A DNA stretch of 64,000 nt from Octopus vulgaris (GCA_951406725.2 OX597818.1:119598001-119662000), one strand, 5' to 3'. Positions 14,531 to 28,117 are shown, numbered from the stretch's first letter. Numbers and translations: made by a program. Notes: a model not told the origin generated them from the letters alone.

Positions 14531-14924
14531 TACAATATTATACATTCATATACATATACACATATTCTTAGACACATAATAACACTCATACATACATACA
14601 CACACACAATGTTATACGTACATATAGATATTAAAGCTTCCTCTTATTAAAGAATATTTGTTGTTTACGAATAAAACGTTGCACATTGGTGCAATGGCAT
14701 ACCTTGGAATGTTGATTATATTGTTAGTTTAAGTAACAAGAAACGCAGAACGTGGAATAAATAATTCCAAAACCTCAGCTCTTGTGGCCTTGGATTGATA
14801 GAATCGTTAGTGCACTGAATGAAACTCTTTGCGGTATTTCTTATCACAACTGAAGTTTTGAGTTCAAATTACTCCGAGGTCGTCTCTGCATCTACTTATT
14901 TCGGAATCGATACTATTAAATAGT

Positions 14925-15665
14925 TATTTTTTTATTACCCACAAGGGGCTAAACACAGAGGGGACAAACAAGGACAGATATAGGTATTAAGTCGATTACA
15001 TCGACCCCAGTGCGTAACTGGTACTTAATTTATCGACCCCGAAAGGATGAAAGGCAAAGTCGACCTCAGCGGAATTTGAACTCACAACGTTACGCAGACG
15101 AAATACCTATTTCTTTATTACCCACAAGGGGCTAAACATAGATGGGACAAACAAGGACAAACATAGGTATTAAGTCGATTATATTGACCCCAGTGCGTAA
15201 CTGGTACTTAATTTATTGACCCCGAAAGGATGAAAGGCAAAGTCGACCTCGGCGGAATTTGAACTCACAGCGTAACGACAGACGAAATACCGGTAAGCAT
15301 TTCGCCCGGCGCGCTAACGTTTCTGCCAGCTCGCCGCCTTATTCTGCCAGCTCGCCGCCTTAACTGGTACTTAATTTATCGACCCCGAAAGGATGAAAGG
15401 CAAAGTCGACCTCGGCGGAATTTGAACTCACAGCGTAACGACAGACGAAATACCGCTAAGCATTTCGCCCGGCGTGCTAACGTTTCTGCCAGCTCGCCGC
15501 CTTATTCTGCCAGCTCGCCGCCTTAACTGGTACTTAATTTATCGACCCCGAAAGGATGAAAGGCAAAGTCGACCTCGGCGGAATTTGAACTCACAGCGTA
15601 ACGACAGACGAAATACCGGTAAGCATTTCGCCCGGCGTGCTAACGGTTCTGCCAACTCGCCGCCT
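14925..15665 (-). mobile_element. Tandem/nested array of four SINE-B units
   Basis: Four copies of ...CCCCGAAAGGATGAAAGGCAAAGTCGACCTC; duplicated TTCTGCCAGCTCGCCGCCTTA; TACTATTAAATAGT on both flanks. Confidence 0.9.
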
Positions 15666-16097
15666 ATTAAATACTATTAAATAGTATTTACGTATTGTGG
15701 TCGATGCCACCGATTCACTAACTTTACACAAATTGCTGGACTTTTGCTGACATTGGAAATATTTATTTTAATTAATCCTAAGATATTGTGTTGGGAGAAT
15801 CATTAGAGTCAAAGGAAAATCTCATGTAGTATTTGTCCCAAGTCTTCTCGCTCAAAGTTCAAATCCCACACTGTCAGCTTTCTTTTTCATGCATTCGGCG
15901 TCGATAAAATAAAGTGCTTCTCAAATATGACGCAACCAACAAAGATTTCCCTTCAAAATTACTGTTCTTCTGCCTAAATCAGAAACCTTTATGTACTGAG
16001 ATTTTGTTTCTTTGATTTGCTTTAACAGAAAAACACACTGACATATACACACGTATATATTTGGATATACTATATATTTTCCTATTTAGATGCACCC

Positions 16098-16159
<62 letters not shown>

Positions 16160-16262
16160 TACACAAGTATATATATATATATATTACATAAATACATATG
16201 TGTATATATATATATATATACATTAAATAAGTATATATATATATATATATACACACATTAAA

Positions 16263-16295
<33 letters not shown>

Positions 16296-16324
<29 letters not shown>

Positions 16325-16669
16325 ATTTGGCTCAAAAGCAAATAGCAAGGCCATGTAGGGGGACATGGAGTTAAGTACAGGGTGGTGTTCATGTAAAGAG
16401 TTCAGGCCACTTGAGGTCCATGGAGGCTTTGAACAAAGCGGTCGTCGGCATCTTCACCATCTCGTCTGGCAGCTTGTTCCACGGATCCGCAACCCGGACG
16501 GAGAAAGCTCCTCTCCTTCGATTGAGATGAAATCGTCGCAGGTAGAGCTTTTCGGAATGACCCCGCACCCGACGCTCCGGGGCAGGAGTGAAGAACAGCT
16601 CTTTCGAGAGGTTACACTTCCCGCTTATGATGTTGTGGGCGAGAATGAGATCACCACGGCGGCGGCGTG
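16296..16669 (-). mobile_element. CR1-clade LINE 3' fragment with (TAAC)n tail
   Basis: RRRRGDLI...RGHSEKL...FSVRVADPWNKLP...FKASMD (CR1 ORF2 C-terminus), short 3'UTR, then a (TAAC)n tail. Confidence 0.85.
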
Positions 16670-16774
16670 TTAATCCAAACAAGAAAGCACAAAAAAAACA
16701 CAACGCGAGGATGTGGAACAAATATAGTATTATTGGACGCTCAAGAAAGAAGGAAAGAAGGAGGGTTATCTATG

Positions 16775-16814
<40 letters not shown>

Positions 16815-17187
16815 CATATGTATTAAATAACTATTTATATATATATATATGTGTAAATATGCATTCCATCAATGCACACACACAATGGCATTCATATGTG
16901 AGTTTTATAAATTGAAAGAGTTACGTGTTAAATATTTTTTTTCGTTCGTGGGATTTGCTTTTGTCATGGAAGTGGAGTAAATTGTATGACGTCACGAATA
17001 TGTCTCTCTTTAGATTGGAACTATTCAAAAATGTACATGCGATTTCAACAATAATTTCACCTGGCAGTGAATAAATGAACACATTGTCTATGTAGATGTC
17101 ATCTCCTTTCTGCTGACTCCGCTGTCTCGTCGACAATTACATTTTTCAGTGAAAGATACGCATACATAGACACCGAGACACATACAC

Positions 17188-17274
<87 letters not shown>

Positions 17275-17604
17275 CTATCTCGCAAACACACACACAACAG
17301 TAAGATGAGAAATTATGGCTGGCTGCACACACAAGGATAAATATATGCATTCGTATACATGTATAATATAGACTGTAGCAATCAAACAGTGCTTTCAGTA
17401 CAACATTTATTATACTTTATAAAGTAGAAGCAATATCGAAATCTGGAAGCTTTCATTCTTCAGGAATTATTTCTATTTATTAATTCCACGAAGTCTTGCA
17501 GACTACATCTCGCTTTACACCTCTCATTCAGTGTAATTATGCAATGCAAGAGTGGGATTAGAAGCGACGGCGACGCGCTCGGGCAATGAAAAGTAGTTAA
17601 GTAA

Positions 17605-17868
17605 TACTCTCTCTTTACCCTTTTACTTGTTTCAGTCATTTGACTGTGGCCATGCTGGAATACCGCCTTTAGTCGAGCAAATCGATCCCAGGACTTATTC
17701 TTTGTAAGCCTAGTACTTATTCTATCGAGTTTCTTTTGCCGAACCGCTAAGTTACGGAGACGTAAACACACCAGCATCGATTGTCAAGTGATGTTGGGGG
17801 AACAAACACAGAAACGCAAACATATACACACATACATACATATATACATAAATATATACGACGAGCTT
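17605..17868 (-). mobile_element. SINE family A, 3' half
   Basis: Sequence match to SINE-A. Confidence 0.85.
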
Positions 17869-17997
17869 TCCTAGGTAAAAAGCTTTATTCCTAGGAATAT
17901 CACTTCAAGCTGATTAAGAATAAATGCCTCACCCCTGTAGTTTTGCACGTACCCTGGATTAGGAAGAAACAATTTGTATTATGATGAAGATAGCTAA

Positions 17998-18205
17998 AGT
18001 GGCGACATGGCAGAATTGTTAGAACGCCGGGCGAAATCCTTAATGGTGTTTCGTCTGTCTCTACGTTCTGTGTTCAAATTCCGCCGAGGTCGACTTTGTC
18101 TTTCCTTTTTCGGGGTCGATAAATCAAATACCAGTTGCATACTGGGTTCGATCTAATCGACTGGCCCCCTTCCCCCCAAATTTTGTGCCTACAGTAGAAA
18201 AGAAT
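17998..18205 (+). mobile_element. SINE family B, alternative tail
   Basis: Head, core and ...GACTGGCCCCCTTCCCC...GTGCCTACAGTAGAAAAG tail. Confidence 0.85.
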
Positions 18206-18799
18206 ATTGATTATAATAAGCATAATAGTTCTTATGAAAATAGAGGTAATTAGTAAAGAGTAACGGTACTAATGATAGTAAATGTTTCTAATTTAGGCAG
18301 AATGGCTCAATCGTTACCACCGGACTCAATCCTTGATTGGTATCTATTTGTTTTTGTATCGACACTGAAAGCACGAAAGGCAAAGTTGATTTCGGTTTGA
18401 TTCGAACTCAAATATTACAAGGTATTTTCTCCAATGCTCAAACTATTCTGCCAACCTACAGGAGTGTGCATGAGCTTTAAAAACATCTATTTATAATAAA
18501 ACAAAAAATCATCAGCAAATGTTGGAACGACCAAGTATTATAAAGACACGGAAGACAAAATAATTTATAAAGCAGTGATAACTGCTGTTTTATAATTCAT
18601 GTAGCAATTTTAAATGCATAAGTTAAGCTTCATCATACAAGTTATGTGCATCCTTCAATTCTTGTATGAAATATGTTTATACCGATACTTTTTAAATTTT
18701 TACAAAATATATCTTTAATATTGAAAAGACGTTGACATTACTTTCTGTTGTTTGACTTTTATGTCTATTTTGATTTCGCAAGCTTTTAGTTTTTGGACG

Positions 18800-20430
18800 T
18801 AAATTAGCAGAGAATTTTTCAAATTTAAATCAGTCAAGCATGACTTTGTTTTATCTTTTATCAGTTTCATGGATGAGATTGTTTCTTTATTTCTGTACGT
18901 AATACCGAAACAGTAGGAGTAACTATTAGCAAATTCTCGTGTCTCTAAAAAAACGTTCTTAGGGAACTGATCGTTAAAAATTAATCATGTCTATAGCATT
19001 TCGAAAAGAAAGAGGCTCACCAAATTTCGATAATAAGTTTGTTTTCAAGTCACTAATTTCCTTTTGTATGTTAGCGACCATTTTTATGATGTTTTCTTCA
19101 CTAAGTGAATATGGATTTATAAATGCATGTAACCTTGAAATCATTCTTGCATTGCTCTGATTTTATCAGCATATTTCCTAAAATTGCCATTTTGTCATTA
19201 TCCTCAACGCATTCATTCTATTCTTTTATGTACGGAAATTGATTCCAATCCTCATTTTCAAGCTGTGAGATGATCAGTTTTAATTTCCTCTTTACTGAGC
19301 TAGGAAACAATTTATTCTCGCTGTGCATTTTCAGATTTACATCACTGAAATGGTTAGTTACATCAACTTAATATACTAAATCACATCAGCAATAAAAGGG
19401 CTCTTTCTTCCAGCAAGTCATTTTTCTCTTCTAGGAAATTATGAACAATATTATTCAGTTTCCAAACTCCACTTCTCTAGAAACCCAATACACCTCACAA
19501 TGGCGGACAAGATTGCCATGTTCCAAATCTAACATATCGCATTATTCTCTACATTCTTGTCGATTTAATGTTTTCGCTTTAGATTTATCCACAACATTTC
19601 ACAACTGTTAATATAACATGCTGCAAGTTTAGATTCTTTTCACACAAGGACTGTTAATGCTTAATGCAGACATCTTTTACAAGATAACTATATAAAGAGT
19701 TTATAAGCGTTTTTACTGATCACCGTCGGAGTTACTTTAACGAAAATACTGGTGACTTTACTCTTGAAATTTTGTTGTAGATTTTCACGGCACAATTTTT
19801 TTCAAATACATCTGTTGCTCATCTTTTCCATTGAAGCAACTCAATACTCACAAGTCCTTCAAAGACGTTAGAATTTTGATCAATTTCTCTTACACAAATT
19901 AGTAACTGAACTTTATTTACATATGTGAATGAATTCATCCAAAATTACAAAAAATTTAGAACGAGTATCGAAAAAACTTTCAGTCACTTAGATAAACTAC
20001 GAAAGAGATCTTCAATGTTTCTCGTTAGTTTCGAAAGAACGATTTCTACTGCGTTTCTTTCAGTATTTTGAAGCAAAATATCTTACAAATATTCAGAAAA
20101 AATGACTAAAAATTTCATTTCCATGAGAGAAGGGTTGTCGTCTGTTGGCCAATGCTAAAAGCAACAGTATGCTATGTTTCTTCCATAGCCAACTAATGTA
20201 TATTGAAGGGTTTTTTGTATAAATTTTGCCTTTTTCTCAATCATCTTTCCTTCTGTAATTGAGATCCAAGAATTAGCTTACGTTTTCCTACCATTTTAGA
20301 TTAACGTTGTATTTTGTAGGGCCAAGTCTTCTGTTATATGAGAAAATATTTTCACAAAGACACAACGGTTTCCCCTACAGACTTGCTGTCAATGCAAATT
20401 CTCTTTCCTATTAATCATTGAATTCGCGAT
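18800..20430 (-). mobile_element. Decayed hAT (Buster/Charlie/SPIN, GTF2IRD2-like) transposase
   Basis: Disrupted motifs in correct order: NREF..GKPLCL (BED), QPFSHG, CIKH*QSLC, LNRQE..HGNLVRHCEVYWVSR, FGITY...SMKLIK. Confidence 0.8.
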
Positions 20431-21195
20431 TACAATCATCTTTTGATATTACTTGGCTTGTTTCCTTTTGTGTTGTTAGTCAAAGAGAAAACAAGGATTA
20501 ATTTTCAAAGAAGATATACAAACCTGCAAATGCTCTCAAAACACGAGTCTGTTGGTGAAGGGTATCAGCTATAAACTAGCAAAAGGCCTGCAGTGTGTCG
20601 GCGCTCGCTGAAACCTCAAGAACGAATGGAAGTTGAAAAGTTACGGGTAGGTGTACAATATGCTAGTTCTAATCATCCAATGTTCCACTTTTGGTGCGTG
20701 CGTCATAAGCTGACCATCTCTAGTTAATAAAGAAACTGGGGCTTCGGCTATGATGGAGGTGATTTATTAGGAAAATGTGAAATATTTGACATATTTTCTG
20801 TTATTTTGTTCAATGCCAGCTGCATTAATTGTGGTTTCTGCAATCAGGGAAGACAGAGACCTTGGTTTTCTTGCTTTCGTTTCTTTCCCCTCGTTCCATT
20901 TTTTGCACCAATTTTCTTCGTGTTTTCTTATTCTCTCATAGTCCGGCATACTAGTTTTTTAAAATATATTTAATGCATAAACAGAGCCTGAAAGATTTCT
21001 TGGAGATACACAGCTTATTTTAGAGATATTCCTTTCTAAAGTATCAAAAGAGCATGAAATTATTGGTAGTTCTTTTCCGTATGTGTATCAAAGTAATATA
21101 TCTCAAGAATTCAATCACTACTACCATCCACAAGTCACTTTCAGGGCACTTGACCATTTAACATCCTACTATAATCATAGCACTCCCATATTATT

Positions 21196-21720
21196 TTCTT
21201 CTTCTTCTTCTTCTTCTTCTTCTTCTTCTTCTTCTTCTTCTTCTTCTTCTCTGCCACGAATTCACAACGACCTCGAACCCACAAGAGTAAACAAGAGAGG
21301 CAGAGACAGGCAGAAACAAGGAAACTGCCCCTTTTGCGTTCATCATGCACCCATCTCCTCCGCTCTCTATTCCTGAGATGATCGGAGAGTAGAGTCCACA
21401 GGTATCTCTTCCATGGAGTCCAATCAGAAGCAATTGTCACTTGACATTCCGGGTAGATTCGCAAGTATGGCCAACAGTGATTATCGATATTATCCAATCA
21501 TTAAGTTCTTCGTTTATTCTCAGGACTCCAAGTTATTAGCACAGCTTGAAGAATTCATCTTGTGAGTCTTTCCTGCGACATTGTAACCATATGACAGTAA
21601 TACCGGAGCTGTGACCTTTCAAGGCGGAAAGATAGCGGTTTGACCTGGAGAGTTTCCCTGGTCCCCGATCTACGCATTCTGTCGTGTAACTTTAGTCGAG
21701 AGTTCCAGACTCGCGAGTCT
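21196..21720 (-). mobile_element. RTE-clade LINE 3' fragment with (AAG)n tail
   Basis: DRMRRSGTRETLQVKPLSFRLERSQLRYYCHMVTMSQERL matches the RTE ORF C-terminus; (CTT)n at about 21196-21250 on the plus strand. Confidence 0.7.
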
Positions 21721-22456
21721 GGATTGGATTCTAAAATTGCAGATCTGGCACAGTAATTGTGCCAGTTCCAGCTTTCGAACCTCAAAAGAGGAGAATTCTT
21801 GATAAAAATAAGACCAACTTCTGTTCAGTTTTCCTTCATATCGCCAGGAATATTGGGTCATGGCCGAAAGAGAACTGCATATTTAAGTAATAAAAATTTG
21901 TTGTTTTTATGGCGTGGGGTAGGTTGTTTTTGTTGTTGTTTTTTATATTTTGTTAGAATGAAATAACTACATTACATTTTAAAACGATGATTAAAAAAGG
22001 AACCTTTTAGGCAGTTAACTGACATCATCTTTTGCCTGAAGAAACTTAGAAATTATAAATCAATTATTATAAAGTCGAGATTTGGGGACAAGAATCTGAT
22101 TCCGTTTATCAAAATTATTTGACAGCCAATATATCAGCAACGACTTTCAATCTGCTCAAATTGTCTTTTTCATCTGCCATCATTTTAAGGAAAAAAGTAA
22201 TGAAAATTTATCATTTATTTCAATATAATACTCTGTCAAACTTCAAAGTCAATATGCAATCCACAAAGCTGTCATTTACGACAAGTTAGTTTTTCAAACT
22301 TTTTTTTGTCATTAAAAAGGGAATTCGGTTGTACAAAAACTTCTTCCTCTTTTTTTCTCTCTCTCACGCTTTTTTTCCAAATTATAAAATAAATATCTCA
22401 TGAAATTTTTATACGTAGCTGATTTTTAAAAACTTGATTTCTGTTTTTAACATTGA

Positions 22457-22857
22457 TTACTCTTTTACTTGTTTCAGTCATTTGGCTATGGCCATGCTGG
22501 GGTACCGCCTCTAGTCGAGCAAATCGATCCCAGGAATTATTCTTTGGAAGTCTAGTACTTATTCTATCGGTTTCTTTTGTCGAACCGCTTAGATAGGGGA
22601 CGTAAACACACCAGCATCGGTTGTCAATCGATGTTGGGGGGAACAAACATATACACACATACATATATATACATATATATATATATATACACATATATAC
22701 GACGGGCTTCTTTCAGTTTCCGTCTATCAAATCCACTCACAAGGCTTTGGTCGGCCCGAGGCTATAGTAGAAGACACTTGCCCAAGGTGCCACGCAATGG
22801 GACTGAACCCGGACCACGTGGTTCGTAAGGCAGCTACTTACCACACAGCCACTCCTA
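22457..22857 (-). mobile_element. SINE family A, near full-length
   Basis: Sequence match to SINE-A. Confidence 0.9.
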
Positions 22858-22974
22858 CATGTTGTTGGTACTGTTCTTATCCACACCATCTCTAGTTAAC
22901 TGATAGAGTGATAGACGTATTTATGATCAAATTATCTCCAACCGAGCCAATCCAGATTTTTGTAGACATACATC

Positions 22975-23020
22975 GGTCTCCTGGCGCAGTGGATGACGCG
23001 TCGTACTACAGATCAAGAGA
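22975..23020 (+). pseudogene. 5' fragment of a tRNA-Arg(ACG)-like sequence
   Basis: GGTCTCCTGGCGCAGTGGATGACGCGTCGTACTACAGATCA resembles the tRNA-Arg ACG 5' half; no T-arm or B box. Confidence 0.55.
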
Positions 23021-23041
23021 CTCAAATCATTTAATGCAATT

Positions 23042-23830
23042 CTAGTAACCCAGCTTGGCTACAATTCGCAGGCTGAAATAAGTAAACGAATAAACGGTGG
23101 TACTGCACACCCTCGAGAAAAATTATCAATTTTATAAGAATGGGATGGACCATATCTGAAAGCAGCTCCATGTGTTGTGAAGAACGAATTTGTACGCATT
23201 CTGTTTTTGAGTGGTCTTCTATTGGATCTCTGTTTAATAATTAAAACATTGTTTTTGATGATCCTGCCTTAAATGCTGCAGTATGCATTTGCTGATCTTG
23301 GGAAAGTCTCATCTCCCTTCTGTATTGAGACTCCATCTGATGTGCTGCAGTATACCTTTGCTGATCTTGAGAAAGTCTCATCTCCTTTCTCTCTTGAGAC
23401 TCTCGCTTTCTGATTTCTACAATCCTTCTTGCTTTATTCTTGTTTCTAGAGAGGTTACGTCTTTTCTTTGGTGGCATATTTTTTCAGTATTGTAAAAAAA
23501 AAAAATTATGAACGTAGAAAAACTATACATTGATTGAAATATAATAGAAATAAGATGATCTTAGAGTTATCACATTATAATTAAAAGAGAAAGAATAAAA
23601 GTGAAGCTATAATATCACATTAAAATATATATCTTATTTTTTCACTTTTGACACGTAATGCCGAACCAGTGCTAATGTTATATTATTTTAATCCAAATGA
23701 AAAACAAATTACATGCTGACAATCACGGGGTCTGTTACTATTACGTTGTAAAATTTTATTTGAATTGGTCGAGTCGTTTGAGAATGCATAGGTAACAGAC
23801 AGACAAAATATTTCATATACACATATATAT
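23042..23830 (-). mobile_element. Non-autonomous Helitron retaining the RepHel N-terminal ORF (23241-23477)
   Basis: MPPKKRRNLSR...ESQERKEMRL repeats like Helitron N-termini; 5' GTCTGTCTG...GACCAATT...AAATTT; subterminal hairpin at 23052-23074 and terminal CTAG. Confidence 0.7.
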
Positions 23831-23920
23831 ATATACCTGTGTGTGTATAAATATTTATACGTATGTATAAATATATATATATACCTCTGTTTGTGTATAC
23901 ATGTTTATACATATGTATAA

Positions 23921-23951
<31 letters not shown>

Positions 23952-24050
23952 CGTATGTATGTATGTATGTATAAGAACTTAATTAGAAATTTCTTATATA
24001 TATTACAACTCACCACGGGGATAATCGAAATTCCTCCGTTCCTGTTACTG

Positions 24051-24121
<71 letters not shown>

Positions 24122-25048
24122 TGACGATGCGGAGGGATGAGGATGATAACGATGTGGTGAAGAATGACGACGATGATGGTGACGATGATGATGATGATGA
24201 TGATGACTATGACACGACGACGAAGAGAAGGAGAAGGCGGCGAGGAACAGGAGGGGGACGGAAGAAGGTGAAGATGACAACGACGATGATATAACAATAA
24301 CGAGGAAGGACAATCATGGCGATAATAGCAGGAAATGTTTTCATTGGTAGCGGAGACTCGTTGTAGTTACCGTGATGGCCACCAAGCTTCAGAAACCATG
24401 ATATAAACACCACGGAGAAGTTAACACTTGTTTCTAAAACATTCCATCAAGCCTCTCTGACAAAATGAAATGCTTTCTTGTTTCCATAAAATTCAATTCA
24501 TTTATTCCAATCACATAAATGTACTGAAAGAAAAAGAGAAAAACAAATACCGGAAATTACAAACATATAAGAGTTAATTTTGTTTGTTTGCTTGTTTGTT
24601 TGTGTTTGTCGTTTCGTTTGTTAGTTTGTCGGTTATTTGTATTTTCATTAAATGTTATTGGAATCTTTCGAAATGATTTCCCTTGATGAAAGCAGAATTC
24701 AAGACTAAAAAATAACGAATATCCAGATTTTCTTTTAATTATTCTTTATGTATTAATCTATTGTTTAATGTACATAAACACGAACACACGCACATTATCA
24801 CACACACACACACACTATCACATACACGCACACACACATACACACACACACACAAGCACACTCGCTATCACATACACACACATTTATGGATGATTACATA
24901 TGCATACATACAAAAGTAACCACGCGTATTATATATATATATATATATATACGTGTATATACATTTATATATATACATCTATATATATACATGTATATAT
25001 ACACGACTATATGTATATATGTACATAAATATACACATATATACATGC

Positions 25049-25095
<47 letters not shown>

Positions 25096-25838
25096 AGCTC
25101 TTCCGTTCGACTAAATTTGCAATATTATCTAACGCACCATTTCGCTTTTTTTTTTTCTGCCTATCATTTTTTCTCTTCTCTTCCTCATGTATTGAGTATT
25201 ATTTTATCTGTATTTCTTTTTCCAATTCTCATTTACACAAACATTATTTTTCTTGATGCATTATAAAACACGTGCCTCCATTTCTACTTATGTATGCCTG
25301 TCTTGCCACTGAAAGAAAATATGCCCGAATATGAAGGAAAATATATACCTTTAAAAATACAAATGTTACTGGTTTTTTCGGTTTTGAGGCATTTCGGTAA
25401 AGCAACTATTAAATGTATGTTTTTGTCTCATTTTTCTTCTATTTAGATTTAAATAAGTTTGAGAGTATTTCAGCATAATATTTTCGCAATAAAAGTCTTT
25501 TTTGTATCATATTTATAAATGTGAGGAGGATTCAAAAATATAGATGTGCTATGCTCGTACGGAGACAAACACTCGCGCGTACACTAACCAAAGGGCTTTA
25601 TATAGTATATATGTATGTGTAATATAAGTTTCCATAAGAAGTTATTCGTATTAAAATAGCATCCGTAACGTATAGTGATGTTTCATAAAGTTTGGTCAAG
25701 CTATAATTATATAAATAATGGCGTACTTGTGGCTATGTGGTATGAATCATGCTTTCCAACAATGGCGTATGCGTGGCTATGCGGCAAGAAGCTTGCTTCC
25801 CAGTCACGTGTTTGGAGGCAAGATGTTGCGGCGCAACA

Positions 25839-25968
25839 TCTTGATCAAGAGTCTTCTACGATAGTCCAGTACCGACAAAACCATCCGAGCGGATTTAGGA
25901 ACGAAAACTGAAAAGAAACTTGTGGTGTATTGCATGCATGTACCACGCCCTCGCGTTGTTGTTTTATT
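25839..25968. repeat. 130-bp repeat, copy 1 (copy 2 at 27956-28085)
   Basis: TCTTGATCAAGAGTC...CGCGTTGTTGTTTTATT appears identical in both copies. Confidence 0.9.
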
Positions 25969-26030
25969 CTTCTTGTGTTTTTCTTGTTTTTTTATATAAT
26001 GATATATAGATATATATATATTACACCTCC

Positions 26031-26072
<42 letters not shown>

Positions 26073-26075
<3 letters not shown>

Positions 26076-26262
26076 AGGAAACCCCTTCGGTCATGAATGA
26101 CCATGGGATTGCACCTAGAAAGTTACCTCCCAAGGACAAGTCCGAGCAAGGTTGTACATGGAAGGCCAGCAGTCGCCCATGCATAACCAGCCTCCACTCT
26201 CCACACCACCGATGTTATCCAAGGGAAAGGCAAAGGTTAATACAGCTTGGCACCAGTGATGT
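26073..26262 (-). mobile_element. Interspersed repeat (SINE family C-like) fragment
   Basis: CCCTTCGGTCATGAATGACCATGGGATTGCACCTAGAAAG... recognised as a common cephalopod repeat; single copy here. Confidence 0.45.
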
Positions 26263-26527
26263 CTGAGAGAGCCGGTGATGTCTATTCTCGGAAAGACTCC
26301 GCTTAGTATTGACGTCACCATTGGCTTCGACTATCTGACTCCTATCATTTAATAGCGCTTATGTCAATTATATTTTAAAATGATTTAACATAATTTGAAA
26401 GTTTATTCAATACTTTTTATACTTAGTAATGTAGAGCACATATTGACTTCTACAAGTGACATCGAAGTCACATTTAATCTTTTCCGTCTAAAAGTTAATA
26501 TACATGTATGTGCATGTGTGCATGTGT

Positions 26528-27082
26528 TTATATGTGTATACTCTTGATCATAATGGGGACCCGCAAACGTAACCAATCCTCAGACACATTTTTTGATACA
26601 AAGATAGGACTTGTAGGAGAATTAATGTCCCATAATTTCAAAGGGTTCTCGTTGCCTCCACTGGCAATTAAATGCGTTTGTACTGGATCCTGTTGCACAC
26701 AAGCTAAGTCAACGCCTCCAGACATTTTTAACACATTTTTTCCTTTTTTGGTCCATAACTTAATATCACCACTGCTTACTGCTGTTAACATTTTTTTTTT
26801 TTGGTATGCATGTATATTTTAAAATTTTCCCTCTCCAATATTCATCTTGACTTGCCGAGATATTTTACTAGCTTCTACATCAAAAGTTGTTATAATGTTG
26901 TTCTGTTGTCCATAATAGAATTTAGTCTGTTTACGATTAAGCCAACACATGCAGGTAATTTCATTCTCCCTCTTCACCTCATTAAGCTCATTTAAGTTCC
27001 CCCATGCCCGCTCTTCGCAGTTTGCACCCTTTAATAAGCCAATTTCTGCCCCAACAAATATGCTGTAAACGGGTTCAGCCAT
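26528..27082 (-). pseudogene. WDR74: WDR74/NSA1 (60S biogenesis WD40 protein) intronless, 3'-truncated pseudogene
   Basis: FVGAEIGLLKG, GEGKF, ASGGNENPLKLWD, VSKNVSEDWLRLRVPI align with WDR74 (WVGTETGILKG, GEGMF, ATGGKENALKIWD, RAKNVRNDWLDLRVPI); one in-frame TAA at 26821-26819; homology ends near 26535. Confidence 0.85.
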
Positions 27083-27175
27083 TTTCGATCTTAATTTAAT
27101 AATTAGTAGTTATCTCCCTTGAATACATAACTCAGTTATTTAACCCCAGGTCAATTCTCATCGAACCAATTCATT

Positions 27176-27956
27176 GTGAGATGCGGGACCTGGGGATAGA
27201 CATGAGTGACGATGCATCTTTTTCTTCACACATCGCGAAGGTGGCGACAATGTGCAGACGACTCACTGGCTGGATCCTGAGGACATTCCGGACAAGAGAC
27301 TGCGAGACCATGTTGACACTATGGAGGACATTTGTCCTAAGCCGCCTGGACTACTGCTCCCAACTGTGGTCACCGCATAGTGTCAAACTAACCACAGAGC
27401 TTGAGACAATCCAAAGACATTTCACCAAGAGGATTTCCACCATGAAAGAAAAGAACTATTGGGAGAGGCTTAGGGAACTCAATTTGTACTCCTTGGAACG
27501 AAGACGAGAGAGATATGCAGTGATATACATATGGAAAATCCTGGAGGGACTAGCACCAAATTTGGGAATTGAGAGCTGTTCCAATCCCCGTACAGGACGT
27601 CACTGTGTGGTGCCAAAGGTCCCGTCTTCCACATCTAGGGTAAGGAGCAGATACTGTAATAGCCTGGGGTTCAGGGGCCCTCAGCTGTTCAACAAACTGC
27701 CAAGAGATCTAAGAGATCTACATGATGCGGATGTGGACATTTTCAAAAAACATCTAGACAAGCTGCTTTCCGGGATCCCAGATGAACCCACTGCCAGGTA
27801 CGAAGGTAACCTAAGGGCAGCAGCTACAAACTCTCTCTTAGATCAGTGGCCAGCCACGGCAAACTGGACTTAGAGAGGGTAGCAACAAGGGCGGTGCCCC
27901 AGCATGGCCTCAGCCGGATGGCTGAAACAAGTAAAAGACTAAAAGACTAAAAGACT
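27176..27956 (+). mobile_element. CR1-clade LINE 3' fragment (open ORF 27181-27873) with (AAAAGACT)n tail
   Basis: DLGIDMSDD..F..HI, LDYCSQLWSP, LETIQRHFTK, LYSLERRRER; 3'UTR ends GCTGAAACAAGTAAAAGACTAAAAGACTAAAAGACT. Confidence 0.9.
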
Positions 27957-28085
27957 CTTGATCAAGAGTCTTCTACGATAGTCCAGTACCGACAAAACCA
28001 TCCGAGCGGATTTAGGAACGAAAACTGAAAAGAAACTTGTGGTGTATTGCATGCATGTACCACGCCCTCGCGTTGTTGTTTTATT
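27956..28085. repeat. 130-bp repeat, copy 2
   Basis: Duplicate of 25839-25968. Confidence 0.9.
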
Positions 28086-28117
28086 ATACATGTATGTGTG
28101 CATGTGTGTATATGTGT

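Noticed and set aside
14925-15665. CRISPR-like regular repeat array
   Set aside because: Units are SINE-B sequence with no unique spacers; eukaryotic context and no cas genes
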